A stretch of 64,000 nucleotides of DNA from Magallana gigas (taxonomy: Eukaryota): positions 41,168,001 through 41,232,000 of the forward strand of contig NC_088860.1 of the NCBI RefSeq assembly GCF_963853765.1. Reading direction: 5' to 3'. A program made the translations under genes and the position numbers. The notes below the pieces were generated by a model. That model was given only the letters and a program-made list of their open reading frames with translations. It had not been told where the DNA came from and ran no database searches. Below, in pieces: positions 26,278-40,800 of this stretch (positions within the stretch are counted from its first letter, which is position 1; each line of letters opens with the position of its first letter).

Positions 26278-26420
26278 NNNNNNNNNNNNNNNNNNNNNNN
26301 NNNNNNNNNNNNNNNNNNNNNNNNNNNNNNNNNNNNNNNNNNNNNNNNNNNNNNNNNNNNNNNNNNNNNNNNNNNNNNNNNNNNNNNNNNNNNNNNNNNN
26401 NNNNNNNNNNNNNNNNNNNA
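26278..26420. other. Assembly gap (143 N), mirror of 16488-16639
   Basis: N run with the same flanks reverse-complemented. Confidence 1.
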
Positions 26421-27243
26421 AAGTATTTGTAATTGAGTGTAATTAATTACATTTTTCAAAGTAATTGAATGTATTTAAATACATTCCAAAAATATTGTGA
26501 ATTTTCAATTACTTTTCAATTACATCTCAATTACTTTTCTCCAAGTTTAAGATATCATAAAGGTGTCTTATAATGATAAATAGATTTTATACATGTTTGG
26601 CATGGACTTTTGTTTATACAATAATTAAATGTCCCATAATGTTTCATATGTTTATACAGTATGACACACTGCCCAGAGCAATAGGTAAAGATCTAATTTT
26701 GTGGAGGTGTGAACTCCTCCAATACCCAAGAACCCCAATTGATTTTAGACTGAACTGATTTTAGACTCAAGGGAATCAAAATATCTCATTCTTGTGAATT
26801 AAAGCAATTATTATTTATATACTGATACACTGTACTGCCAAAAGTTGTACTTTCTCAATAAACACAGTTTTAATATGTGAATAAAAATTAATTCACTATA
26901 GAGAAAATATTATTCAGAACCAAAAATGAACTCAATGGTTCTTAATGAATTTAATGTTAAAGAAAATTTTCAAGAAATCTGATCTGAACTGAACTATACA
27001 ACCTTTAAAAAAATAACCGTACATAAAGCCCTGTATATCTTAATGTCGTTAATATATGTATATGTTCTCATGATTTAAAAAAATAAAACTAAAGTAATTG
27101 AATTGTAATTAATTTCATTTATCAAAGTAATTGAGAGTAAATAATTACATTTTAAAAAATCAATGTAATTGTAATTGCAAGTAATTGATAAAATTGTCAA
27201 TGTATTTGAAAGTAATTAATTACTTTTCAAAGTAATTGACCCC

Positions 27244-27313
<70 letters not shown>

Positions 27314-27487
27314 CTCTAATGATAAATACCTATACAATATAAACACACACACTATTCTCATCTAATGTAGATGGTATATTCAGGATCAATACAAACACTG
27401 TCTTTACATGTAATATCTACTCACAGTACCGGGTATGTAATGTATACTTGGTTCATTTGTTTACATCTAATTTAAAGTTTAATTGAT

Positions 27488-28044
27488 TTACATGCAATAT
27501 TGAATTTTCTTCACTATACCTGTGTCTCTCTCAGTCACAAAGAGGTTGTCTCTGGGGTCCACACATAAACCCCATGGGAAATGTAAATCACAGTTATCAA
27601 TGTAGCGGAGGAACTGTCCGTCCTGATCCAGGATGTGGATACGGTGGTTTTCCCAGTCTGCTGTTAGGATCCGAAGCTTGCTGTCTGTTGTGATGCCTTG
27701 TGGATAGAATGATCCCTTGGTTGTAGAGGGAGGACCAGTGTAGGTAAACCGGAGTTTCCCGGCCTGATTGACCACCTCCACTGCACGGGCTCCATTGTCT
27801 GACACACAGATATCTAGGTTCCTGTTCTCACTGATGTGTTTAATGTGACCAGATAAATACTTATAGAGAGGTTGTCCTTTGTCGTTGTACTGAATACTTT
27901 GTTTCTCTCTGGAGCCAGAGTAACGCACAACCTTTGTTTGTTCATAATCATCACTGTCCATGACAACCAGGAGGTCACCAGAGGAAGTACTACAGACACC
28001 ATGAGGTATCCACCCCCGTAGTCTAATCACTGTCTGTATCTGTG
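27488..28044 (-). pseudogene. Inverted, 5'-truncated duplicate of NHL copy B2
   Basis: Reverse complement of 14837-15393; homology stops at 28044. Confidence 0.9.
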
Positions 28045-29161
28045 GGGTTTTTTTTGAAAAGCAATCTAGTACATGTATGTACCACTAAATAAATACTTTC
28101 GTATTGACAAAAAAGGTACCAATTTTCATTACCATCTTCTGAGAGTAACACCTATTATTATGACATATATTGTAAAAATTGAAATACAGATGTTACAAAG
28201 GCCTCCTTTTCATAAATTCTTTAAAGACCAAAGGTGGTAAACTAGACATAGAAGATAATGAATAGTTCATAGAAAGAAACAATTTCCTTTTGCTAATAAA
28301 GTTTTCTCCAGTCATCTGTTGACTGTTATAATCAATATTCATTTAATTAATAGACATGTCTCCTAGTAGCTTCATAACTGTGGAGAAAAAAGTATGTTTC
28401 TTCTATCAGGAGTATATGACATCAAGATATATGTTAAGAATGTCAAGGCAGCATATCCTTTATATACATTATTAGCTCAAATTTTGATGTTAAAAAGTTT
28501 GTTATATGAGTGCAACTAGACAGATAAAGCCAATAATTATACTGATTGTGACATATACTCATGACAATATAAAACAAAAACCAGTTCAGACTGATATTTA
28601 GGAATTCATTTAAACAATAAACACCTCTAAGAAATCTGCTGACATAGAAAAAGTGGCCAAAATTTCTGAATCTCTCCTGGGTATATTTGTAAAATTCTTT
28701 GAAAAAAAGCAAAAACTGCTAATGCAAAACTTTTAATATGATATTATTAAGGATGACAATTTCTAACCTTTTAAATGGTTACTTAGTCAGAACGATGGTA
28801 ACTGGTTACAGATTTGGAAATAGGTTAATCATATAAAATCAATTAAATGTACATTTAATTTAAACACAATTTCATTCAAAATTTGATTTTGTAACTTCTA
28901 AGAGAAGTTCCCTAGAAAACAGGTAAGGCCCCTGGGCTGAAGGGAATCGGGATGTAGGTGTTGATTACATTTAATTACTATCAAAACAGCATGCCACTAG
29001 TCTGTCTTGTTATTTTCATATCAAAAAAGCTTTCTGTGGGTGATATATTCACAGAAGTGAAAAAATTAGAGTTTGGTTCAGTAAGACATAGCATGATCTA
29101 TAATAATACCAATATCAGTGTCTGTCATGACTTTCAGTCCTTTGATTTTTTGATATCTTAC

Positions 29162-29262
29162 CAATACACATTCTCGTCAAGGATGACCACGGCCAGAGCT
29201 CCCACACTCAGCGCGTAGAACGCACAGTCTCGGAACAACGGCCACCAGTGAAGGTTCACAAC
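29162..29262 (-). CDS. SLC24A: K+-dependent Na+/Ca2+ exchanger (NCKX) exon; last exon found
   Basis: AG|VVNLHWWPLFRDCAFYALSVGALAVVILDENVY-TG|GTAAG. Confidence 0.88.
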
Positions 29263-30635
29263 CTGTCAAAACCAGTTAGGAGAAGGCCATTGTGTATCAA
29301 CATTTCCATTTATTTAATGCAAGAATGATACATGGATCAGCTGCTATTGGATTTGATAACATTACTTTTAGCCATATTAGTTCTGAGAAAAACTAGTAAA
29401 TCATTTGATTTTTCATTAAATACCATTATAAATCTGGCCAAATTACTTTGCAGATAAACCCATAATTCGGCTGACTTTAAAGGAAGAATGGAGATTGAGA
29501 GACATATTCTTCTGCTATCCATATAATGATTTGCAAAATAAGAAGTTCAGTCATTGATTTTCACTTAAACTTTAAAATGCTATCATCATGCAAAATATAA
29601 TTTTATATACATAAAATTATGAAATTAAATTGTCTCAGAGAGCAAAAAGACGAGAAAGAAAGAGATTGATTAAAATGAAGAAAACAGGAAAGAATTTTTT
29701 TTTTTAATCAGATTTTAAGGGTAAATTGGTAAATGAATAGGACCCCAAAACCCACAATAGATCACAATAGATCGTTTTAAATCTGCTCTGCTTGGAAATT
29801 CAATTTCCTGTTACTTCATTACTAAAACTGTATCATCTGTCAAATATCTATGAAATGATTTATTCTACATGAGAAATTGAATCAATACTTTAATTTACAC
29901 ATGTTTTCTTCCACATCCACTTAATTGTTAGAATTGTACCTGTGCAGTGTACTACTAATATGTAAACATGTGCGAAATAAGCCACATTAGTGATATCTAT
30001 AAGCAACAATTGTTTACTTTTATAATTTCTTAGTAGAGCTTAGCCAGGACACATCAGCTTGCAGCTTAAAAAAATAGAAATATATCTACAATCAAAAATA
30101 TCTTTATTAAAACAAATTTTTTTATCCTAGCTGACCAAATAGTTTCTAACAACAAAAAAAATATTATTCTGGAGGGTAGAAATTAAAAGTAAAGTGAGCC
30201 AGTTGCTTTGGGTAATAAAGACACAGATTGAAAAATACTATGGATCGACAAGTGTGAAGTCCGAAAACCATCAGAATCAACATGCGTATCTCCAATGCAT
30301 CTACAGAAATATTCAACAATCTAAAGTATTGAAAAATGTAGAGGGAGTTATAAAATACCTAAATGCGGTACCAGGAATGTATCACAGCATGGATTCAATA
30401 GCTTCATTGTATGACATTGAGATTGATAAATGTTTAGAGAACTGAAGGAAAATTAATTTTTCTCCCTATTAATTATTATTCACAAAACAACTTACTATGC
30501 GATGAAGGAGTGCATACAGACACAAAGTGAAAAAAAAATCAATACATTTTGAGTCTTTCAAAGAACATAAAAACTGATGACACATAACACACAGTGCACA
30601 GAAACTAGTGACAAAGATCACACAAAGAGACTTAC

Positions 30636-30722
30636 CATGCCAGCACCCAGAGCACAAACACTGATGACAAACATCACGTTATACACAGCTGAGCCAACCA
30701 CTGCTCCTAACCCAATGTCATC
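30636..30722 (-). CDS. SLC24A: NCKX exon
   Basis: AG|DDIGLGAVVGSAVYNVMFVISVCALGAGM|GTAAG, second half of the alpha-1 repeat. Confidence 0.9.
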
Positions 30723-31945
30723 CTAAAACAGAAATTTTTCTGAGAATTAAAATGATACATCAAACTTCATTAGACTCGATTTCATCAGCAGTTTAAAATT
30801 AAAAAAATATGCAAATTTTTACTGTCTCAGACGAATCTTTATCATAATATGATTACCTTTTGTAAATAAAAAAAATTAGTTCCTGGTACAAGTTATTTCT
30901 GTGAAGTTAGTTATATTCCTCCTAGTTTCAATCATATTTAACATTTACAAAATGTACATAATAAATTTATAGAACATGTTTCTATTTATAGCCTATCACA
31001 AACTGCTTGTCCCTGGCATTCTACTGTTGGTCTGGGTGATAATGTACATGTAAATGTATTACCCTTAGATCACATGTACCACCCTTACTATAGCTGATTA
31101 GTGAGTAAAGTTGGGCCCTAGCTGGCAAACAAATACAGCCCATGTCAAAGAATACACATTGTTTATACATGTACTTCAAAACCGAGTCAGACGTACATTT
31201 ACACTGGTTGGTGCAAGAAGTATTATGCCATATATTTTTTTTATTAAAATTCTCCTTGAAAAATGCATATATATACTTAGTTGATACTTTTGAATAGATC
31301 ATTTATCCACATGCTACTCTCAAACAACCGCCTCCAGTTGCTCGCCTATTGTTCTGTAACTTCATCCTTCATAATTATATGAACAGGTAGCTATTCCTGT
31401 ACATGTATACAGGTAGCTATTATACATGATCCCTCCATCTGCCTGTACACACTGATCGTGACAATTTGTTCCCACCATTCAGGGGAATATTAATTATTAA
31501 GACTGTTGACATGTGTTTGTAACTATCCTTGTTTACCGGTAACATTGGGGAGGGGGTCAATATTTAAATAAATGACTGTAAAAATGGTTCTTTATGCTGG
31601 CCAGGTGGTTACATAAGTGCTTTCAATAATCATACAATACGGGTGGGTATTAAATACACGGATGCACGATTAACTACTCTAAAGTTTTGATTTTTTTACC
31701 ATACAAGAAATTTTGGTTTTAGAAAATTCTGAGAAAGAACGGTAACTTCTTAAACTAATCAATGACATATATTTCATATGTGTATTATGTTTAATGTTTC
31801 ATATGAAATAGGAAGATTTTTTATTAATTGATCTCAGCTAATCATCTCAGTTTTTATGTAAGAAAGTTTTTTTTAATGGAACCTTTCAATGCGCAATTTG
31901 TTTTCAATGGTGTTTATTTAAATCATAAATATAATTCAGGAATAC

Positions 31946-32046
31946 CTCTGCTATGAACACTGCGATGACAGCTGTGGCTAACTCTGGAGCGGAACTTCCT
32001 GCTGCCATTAACGTGGCTCCCGCAACATCTGGCTGGATGTGAAAAG
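31946..32046 (-). CDS. SLC24A: NCKX exon (alpha-1 repeat)
   Basis: DVAGATLMAAGSSAPELATAVIAVF; splice phases fit both neighbours. Confidence 0.92.
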
Positions 32047-33879
32047 CTGCAAACCAGAAGTTGTCACATTACAGTACAGAAGTTTTTTAAAATGCATGGT
32101 CACTAAGCTTGGCTAAATTGGCCATCTTAATTATTACAAATAAATAAAAATATCAAAATCACCAACAACTATTCCTCAGATTTCTGCTTACTACCCCCCA
32201 AAATAAGAACCTAAATAATGAAAAAATGGCACACAAACACATTTTATTATACAAAAACCCTAAGTCAATGTTTTGTTCTTAAAAAACTATACAACAGGCA
32301 CTTAATTAATACTGGTAATCTATCTATACATTTAATTAAATGGATGTTTTATTTAGGAGGAAGGAAGATAATCATATTAATACAATTTCTTGAAAATTTC
32401 ATCTTGAATAAATGTAGCGTATCAAATATGTTATACATATGTACATGATATAAAATGATGTATGTACCTGAATTGTGTGAATTACATGAAAAATCAATAC
32501 TTCAAACAGATACACTATCCAGATTAGGGGATTCTTATGTAAAGATCTTAAATATTCTCACGTTAATTAAATATTCTATGCATTAAAGATGTACATCCGC
32601 AGTAAACTTTTTTTTCAAGGGAGTGGGCATAATAATGCAAATTACACAATCATCTTCTTTTTTCTTAAACTGTTTAATTCATTTTCAAATTCAATCTAAT
32701 TAAAATGAGATATTCTGAATCCGCTACCACTTCTTAAATGTTTGAGAAGCGGTATTGGGTTCAGATCATCTCATTTTAATTACTGGTAGATTGTTTTAAA
32801 ATTGATTGCTTGTACTGTAAAATAATGCTACTGAATATTATGCCATAATAGGAGATACTTGTGGATGAATAAAGCCTGTTTTTGATGAATAGATCATGAA
32901 GATTAATTGTTCTTGTGATTAACGAGCATCTAACTGAAGCAAATACAATGTACATGTATAAACCACCAAAAAACAGACTGAATTACTGCAATAGAATGAG
33001 CTCCTACAGCACAACTGCTACATGTATATTCTATCATTCCAATAGCGAGCACACGTCAGATAGAAATAAACCTCAATTGGCTGTGTTTTCTCTTTTAAAC
33101 ATTTGTGGAGTAACATGATGGTACATCAAGTCGTTTAATTTGTTAGGGGTTATGCATTTTCTAAAAGAGGCAGGGTGAATGGGAAAGGAGGTGTCAAGGG
33201 GGTCTGAACAGCCCCCCCCCCCCCCCGGAAAAATTGAAATTTTAAAATTAACATTAACTCCTTCCCCAACCCCCAACCTAAAACAAAATTTCACTCTAGG
33301 AAAATGGTGTAAGTCTTCAGCATAAGACATCCTCTTCCTTCTGAAATAATTGCTCAATGAGTTTGATTATAAGGGGTGATTGGGCTCTCAGTACTGAATG
33401 TTGATAAATTATATTGCTAAATTGTAGTGAAAGGAGATGGTGAATGTCCTAGACTAAGTGATGTTTTTCGTAAATATACTTATTTTAAGCAAAGAAGTTA
33501 ATTGATTACTGCAAGATAATTTTTATTGATTACACTGCTAGTTAAAATTGATGAATATGTGTCATTTAACAATTAACATGTCTGTTCTGCAAGACAATGT
33601 GTAGCCCCAGGAGAAAGGAGGGAGTGTGAAGGGGGAGGGGTACCTTAAAGGGCATTTTTAATTTTTTAAATCAAAAGTTCATTTTTATCAGTCCATGCGT
33701 TAAGACTTTGTTTAAAGTAGTTTTACATGTTTTAAAATTGCACTTTTAGAGATCACATACTGCTGATAAAAATAAAATAAAAATTCAATTTTGAAATAAG
33801 TAATTTAAAGCACTTCTTGATTGTAAGAAAAAAAGAATGAAAAAATGAGATATTTATTATTTCTTTCATTTTCTTTTAC

Positions 33880-34077
33880 CATCACTCATAATTTCCAGAG
33901 ATGGAACAAAGTAGTCTTCACATATGTAAGCAAATGCTGCAAACATGTACGCTGACACCAAGATGTGGAAGAGAACAGCGCCATCTGCCCTCTGTTTCTG
34001 CGTGAAGAGGTCTCGCGGAAATTGTTTGATGGCTCGTGGAGTACAGTTGACAAGGGAGTTCAATTTCCGAGCACCAA
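33880..34077 (-). CDS. SLC24A: NCKX exon (TM1 region); upstream signal-peptide exon not located
   Basis: RKLNSLVNCTPRAIKQFPRDLFTQKQRADGAVLFHILVSAYMF...CEDYFVPSLEIMSD with AG/GT bounds. Confidence 0.9.
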
Positions 34078-34320
34078 CTGTAAATGAACAAAAACTGCAA
34101 GATTAGATTATGGTTTTCAACATCTTGAGATAATATGGAATGATTGAAATACTTTTTTAAAGCACCCTGTATGTCTGTGACTCTAACTGTCATTTTGACA
34201 AAGTCATTAGCATCGATAGACTACATGTATCTACTAGATTTTCCATAGAGCAATCTCCCCTCAATTAATACTAAGTACATGTATCTGTATCAAGTTTTTC
34301 TCCATAAATATACACAATCC

Positions 34321-34324
<4 letters not shown>

Positions 34325-34376
<52 letters not shown>
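34325..34376. repeat. (TC)n microsatellite
   Basis: Direct inspection. Confidence 0.95.
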
Positions 34377-34379
<3 letters not shown>

Positions 34380-34882
34380 AATGGATGTTTACATCATTAG
34401 AACAATTAATTTTTCAACATATGATGACTCTTTTCTGACAGCACCCACACACAATTGTACAAAATGTATCACATTTCTCAGTAGATCTATAGGTTGACTT
34501 TACAGATCAGGTAAGTGTAGGTGTGTTATTGTACCATTCATGTGTGATCTCTACCTGTATTCACCTGATACACATCAATTTCTTTCTACAAGGTCCATCA
34601 ACCAAGCAATCATTTAAACTATGATGGAAATAACAATTTTATTCACAAAACTTAAAATACTCTTGATCATTTTATCTGATGGAACACCAAGTTTCTTGAT
34701 TTAATATCAGACTTCAATATACTTCTCCAATTTAACATGCACCAGTACTTGTACATATATTGTATATAAAACAGTATCCTCTATCATTTTAAGTGAGATT
34801 CATATCCAAATGTATTTTATCAGCAAAGAAGCTGATACAAAATGATGTATGAAAAATGCCATATATATAGAATCAAGAGTAT

Positions 34883-34984
34883 TGGTTCAAGGTGATGAAT
34901 ACCATATAAGGTATGGTTCAAGGTGATGAATACCATATAAGGTTTGGTTCAAGATGATGAATACCATATAAGGTATGGTTCATG
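34883..34984. repeat. 31-bp minisatellite, ~3.3 copies
   Basis: TGGTTCAAGGTGATGAATACCATATAAGGTA at 34883, 34914, 34945, partial at 34976. Confidence 0.9.
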
Positions 34985-35103
34985 GTAATTTGCTCAACAT
35001 TCAAGGTGATCTTAATGTCAAAAACTTAATCAAAGTACTGAAGTACTGAAAGCCGGGCTCTTTTGGTGTGTCTTTATGCATATTGTGTGGTAAAGACTGA
35101 AAA

Positions 35104-35104
<1 letters not shown>

Positions 35105-35165
<61 letters not shown>
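35105..35165. repeat. (TC)n microsatellite
   Basis: Direct inspection. Confidence 0.95.
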
Positions 35166-35169
<4 letters not shown>

Positions 35170-37886
35170 GCTTTTAATGTCGGCAAAGCATCAGAGAGCG
35201 ATCAATTTTTGTAAGCGGCTAAAAACAAAAATATGTCTGTCTAGTAGAAAAAAGTTCAACAGTTTCTGCCTTGAATTTTGCAACAAGCGTTATATATTCA
35301 ATCCCCATTTCTTCAACGCGCAGCAAAGTAGTTCATGAAAATTCATGCGCATTTTATGTATCCAAAATGCATAGTCTTGTTTTTAAAACAATTAAGTTAT
35401 TAATAAGAAAACTAAAAAAGAAAGACAATTCTCTCGAAATTAAAATAAAAGAAACAATTAAAATGCCAACACTTTTGACAAAACGTGGCTCTTTGTGTAA
35501 CTATTTGGTATAGCGGAAGCTTTTACTTTGACGCTGTTTGGTTTTTTGTTTACTTGTGCTATTTATAGTAAAATTGGCGATTTGCCTGCCTATAGCCAGG
35601 ACTCTGCTTTCAGCAGAGCCCGGCTAAGATGTAATAAGTTAACTTGTTACATGTACATGTATATTAATTTATTAAACCTTATGCCATCGTGTATACTACA
35701 TTATAACTAAAACCAGAACATCTACCTGGGTGGGTTTTTTTGTACTTTTGATGATACATTTACATTGTACATTTCTATTTCAGACCTTTCAGATATTTAT
35801 ATTTCTGTAACCCTAGTTGCATGTAAATCTCTGGTGACAACTGGCAGAAGGCGTTCCGTGAGTGCATGTGTGTGCATGTTGTCAATGTAACATCATTAAA
35901 TGGAAAACGATAGGTTTCTATAGACATGATAGAAGTGCAGTCTGTTGAATACTCTTGATATAGAATAAACCAAACACAACATATTTACATCGAAGCTTGA
36001 AAATTAAATTACATGCCTTGGCTGTACATCCTGTTATTCTGATTAAAATTAAGTGACCTTTACAAAAGTGAATCCTAGAATATAGATCAGAAAAATTTCA
36101 ATGTGATCAAATCCTTCTTAATCCCTTAATCCTTATTTAAAGCATATAGCTTTGCTGATAAAGAGAAATCTGACCTGCCAAGTACTTTAAGAATTAAGAA
36201 ATTGTGAAGTGAAAAGATTGAATTTGATTGCATTCATTCACTCAAACTCTCAGAAGAGAGAAAAAGAAGAATGTGATGTGTTACAATTGTTAATTAATTT
36301 TACATCGTTTGGTATTATCATCTTAAGATGTTAACATCAGATTTATGACTGCAGTTTGTTGTGAAATCAATATATAGCAAGACATAAATTGCAGGCTGGA
36401 CAATCTTACAAGCAAAGATTACAGGAAGCTCTCACCAAAACAACCTCAGATAATATGATTGAGACATGATTGAAAAACAGTTAAAAGTTACACTGTTCAA
36501 TTCATAACGCACTTCAAAACTCATTCCTTCTTCTTCCTGGAAATTGCATAACCTCGTGTCAAACAGAAATTTTATTACCACATAGTTTGTGACCATATTG
36601 TGTTGCTCATGAAAACAAAAGTTAACAATGATGGAAATCTAAATATGTTCAAAATAAATCATCTTATATTTGCACCCAAAACTAAGTTCTAAATGATATA
36701 TTGATACTTTATATATAATCAATGTATCAACAACTAAAATTTCATTACAATTAATTATTACAAAATCTCAATCACAGCCACATTTGAAAAGGATGAATAC
36801 CAGGAATATCTATAATAGTACATGTATATCAATCACTAAAAAAAGTCAGCCATTATACCATACTAACATTAAAATACAAGTCATGCACCTGTAACTCAAA
36901 TGTAACATTTTCAACTGCACTGAAACTTCAAATTACTGACAATTTTATTTGAACTTGTCAACTTTTAAAGTCTGATTTAAAAGTCACTACCGGTATATGT
37001 GCAAGTGCTAACTTAATTAAGTTAATGAGCACAATATATTATCCTTATCATGTTTTAATGGAGTAGGATGGCATGACTGATGCTCTGGTCAAAACGGTCA
37101 GAAACAGTTCATGGTCATTGAATTCTGAATGCAGGAATAAATACTATATATGTAACGGTTTTAAATCATAGGACGTATGTGGGATATCAATTAATTTCTT
37201 GTCAAAAATTAAATAACCTATGAAAGAGGTACTATTTTTCTTGGAAATTTTAATCCATCAATTTAAGCAAGGCCTTTTTTAATGATTTTGTGATGAACTA
37301 AGCTGATAGAGCTCTGTTTCAAGGAAATTGCAAATAGTACTTATTCTACAGATCAGCTTTTCATCAGAACAGCCTAATTACCTTGATACATAATGGTTAG
37401 GTAATTTGTTATAGTATGATGCATTGTAACAGAAAACAATGAAATCTCAACCTGCACATTGTCAACCTCATGCATGGTATGATAGAAAACTTATAATCAA
37501 TCAAGAGAATGTTCCCAGAAGATAGAATAGAAACATTTTACAAAATATCTACCACATCATCATGTTTCCACGCACTGGGCATTTTGATGGTTGTAAATGC
37601 ATGAGGTTGCTAAGATAAATTATATATATGATTTTGGACTAAAGAAAGGAGATTTACAATGCTTGCCAATGGCTCATGTAACTCCTCAATTAATAATCGC
37701 ACCAGTTGAACGGATGCAATTTTTTTTTAACTCAAAATATTTTGCAACCTATCAATTAAATATGAATATATCTGACACCTTTAAATTGCATGTCATTAAT
37801 AATTATGTACAATCAAAGTGTATGCATCATGAAAATACATCATAAAACATGCAAAGAACACAACAAAAAATCAAATCTAGTTAATA

Positions 37887-40800
37887 TTGATGGTAAAATT
37901 CCAGCAGCTTTGTTCAATCTTCCACCAACACACATTAGTCCATTTTCATCTAAGAATGGTGCAAGTGTGGATATACTTGTGTCTTTGTTCAAAGGTTTTC
38001 CAGACTTTAAACTGTTTATCTCTTTAGAGAAGAATTCTTGTTGAATCTGTTTTAGGACAAAGGTCTCTGCTTCACAAATTTCATCATAACGGGTAAGTTG
38101 CATAGGTTTCTGGTCACGACAAGCTCTAAACCTGCGGCAAACTCGCTTGAGACAAGCAATGCCCGTAATGAGACAACTCCAACGATCAAATCGATCAAAT
38201 TTCTTGGTAATGAGATCAGATCCTGTTGTTGTAATGGTAACATCAGTTTGTGAGCATATTACAGGTCTATCGATTGGACGGACTTCTCTGTCACTATCAG
38301 GTTCAACAAGTGGAAACTGTGTAGGTTTCATTTCTGTCACATCACACAACCATTGTGGACCAGTAATCCATGGTAACCGCATAATGTTGATCACATTAGT
38401 GTTGCATCTTGTACAAGAATCTGCAGGATTCTTTTCACTGGAAATGAAGTTCCATTGATTGGCATTAGATATTCGTAGAATACGATCAACTCGGTTGCTT
38501 ACATAGGTGTAAAATCTTCGAGTCCTATTACCAATGTAGCCTAACACAACTCTGCTATCTGTGTAAAATCTCATGGTTTGCAATGGGATGCCAAGTTGTA
38601 CAGATATGATCTCTGCGAGTTCCGTTGCTAAGACAGCTCCACACAATTCTAGGCGAGGAATGGTGTGGCCATTAAGAGGTGCTAACTTGCTTCTTCCCAT
38701 GATGAATCGAACGCTTGTTTGTCCATCACTTACAGTTTTTATATATGCTGATGCTGCTATTGCCTTTTCTGAAGCATCTGAGAATATGTGAACTTCTGCT
38801 GTCTGAGCTGAACTAACAGAGGTGTGAGACATCATACGGGGAATGGCGATATCACTGAGACAGTGAAGAGACGATTGCCACTCCTTCCACTTTTGAAGAT
38901 TATTGACAGGTAATGGTTCATCCCAGTCAACTCCTTCAGGTGTGCATTCTCGGAGAAGTATTTTACCGCTGATGATGATTGGTGATATGAAACCTAATGG
39001 GTCGAATAGGCTGTTTACAGTTGAGAGCAGACCGCGACGAGTAAAAGGTTTCTCTTCAGTAGGTACTGTAAACACAAAAGTATCATCCTTCAGTCTCCAA
39101 CAAAGTCCAAGAGATCTGTGTATCATGTCATCACTATCTATTTCTTTCAACTGTTCTCCATGATCACTGACATCAAAAGCGTCCATCACAGCTTGTTTGT
39201 TGGACGTGATTTTGTGAAGACGAATCTGACCTTCCTGTTTCATGGTTGACTGAGTGCGCTTCATCAGGCTGATAGCATCTGATTCATTTGGTAAAGAGAT
39301 TAACCCGTCATCAACGTAGAAGTTATGATGTACAAAGTTTTTCACATCTCGATCAGCGTGTTCGACAGTCTTAAGGAGTCCATAAGATGCAATAGCAGGC
39401 GACGGACTGTTGCCGAATACATGTGAAGTCATTCTGTACTCTATCATGATGTCATCTGGGTTGTTTTCTTTATACCAAAAGAAGCGTAGGTAATTGCGGT
39501 GGTTTTCATCAACACGAAATCGGTAAAACATCTGCTCTATATCTGCTGCCATCGCCACCTCATCCTTCCTAAAACGAAGCAAGATCCCAAGAAGGCTGTT
39601 GATCATGTCTGGACCAGACATGAGTACTGAATTGAGGGAAACTCCACCATACTTAGCCGACGAATCAAAAACGCCTCTTATTTGATCTGGTTTCTTTGGG
39701 TTACGAACGCCAAACAAAGGTAGGTACCAGCAACCTGTGCTTGTTGGAGGTGGCGCAACTTCTGCTGCTCCACTGTTTAGAACTTTCTCCATGAATTTCA
39801 CAAACTGTCTCTTCTTTTCTGTATCTTTCTGTAAACTGTTGTGTAGTATCTGAGCTCGATGTAATGCCTGAGGTCTGTTGTTAGGAAGATCAGGTTGGTT
39901 CTCTCGAAAAGGAAGAGGTACAGTCCACATGCCGTCCTTGTCTTTAGTGAATGTTCTATCCATCAACTTTAGGAATAGTCTGTCTTCTACCGATAAACCA
40001 ATACAATCATCTTCAGGGGTCTTCATAAAGACATCTTCACCATGAAATTGAAAGTCACGCTCACCAATTATATAGTTAGACACAAGTGTTTGCTCTTTCA
40101 CGTCAATGTTGTTCTGACAAGGTTGACTGCATGTAACTCTACCATCATTGAGAATAGACACTTTGTTGACATTCACGGAGGTTCTTCTATGAAGTTTACC
40201 GAGACAAACTTCACCAATTATAGCCCAACCAAGACTAAGTCTTTGAGCGAATGGTTCCCCTCGAGGTCCAGTGATCTGCTCTTCAATGTGATGGGCCTCA
40301 ATCAAGTCTCTACCAATAAGGAGCTGTATTTTTGAATTCACATCAAACTCAGGTATACTAGATGCAATTCTGAGAAGGTGAGGGTAGCTCTTAGCAACTT
40401 CTGGTGTAGGAATTTCAGAGGTTTCGTTAGGGATGTCATCACATTCCATCAGAAGAGGAAGGTCCATTGTCACAGCTGTGTCCAATGATCGTAACTTCAT
40501 ACTATGTGCTTGCCGACCATTTTGGGCTGTCTTTCCCATACATGTTGTCAAAGTGTAATGAATGGGTGAGGACATAATGTTCAAGGCATCAAATAGTTCT
40601 GGAGATGCAAGAGACTGGTTGCATTGGTCATCCACGATTGCGTAAACACGATACATGTTGTTAGGACAGTCTGTGTGAAATACATCCACAAGGAAAATTT
40701 TGCTGCATGATCTGCCTTGATAATGGTCACCACAGAATGTAGTACACTTGACACTAGTGTTTGTTGAAGCTTTCATAGGTACAGGCGATATGTTGTCTGT

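Noticed and set aside
28340-28392. Possible fifth SLC24 exon (good acceptor, then CYEA)
   Set aside because: Stops after 10 codons, lacks the expected hydrophobic helix and conserved Trp; looks like chance within repeat-like DNA.
27488-29262. SLC24-NHL fusion transcript (both on the minus strand)
   Set aside because: The last SLC24 exon ends in phase 2 and gives a stop with each AG near the junction; there is no polypyrimidine tract.
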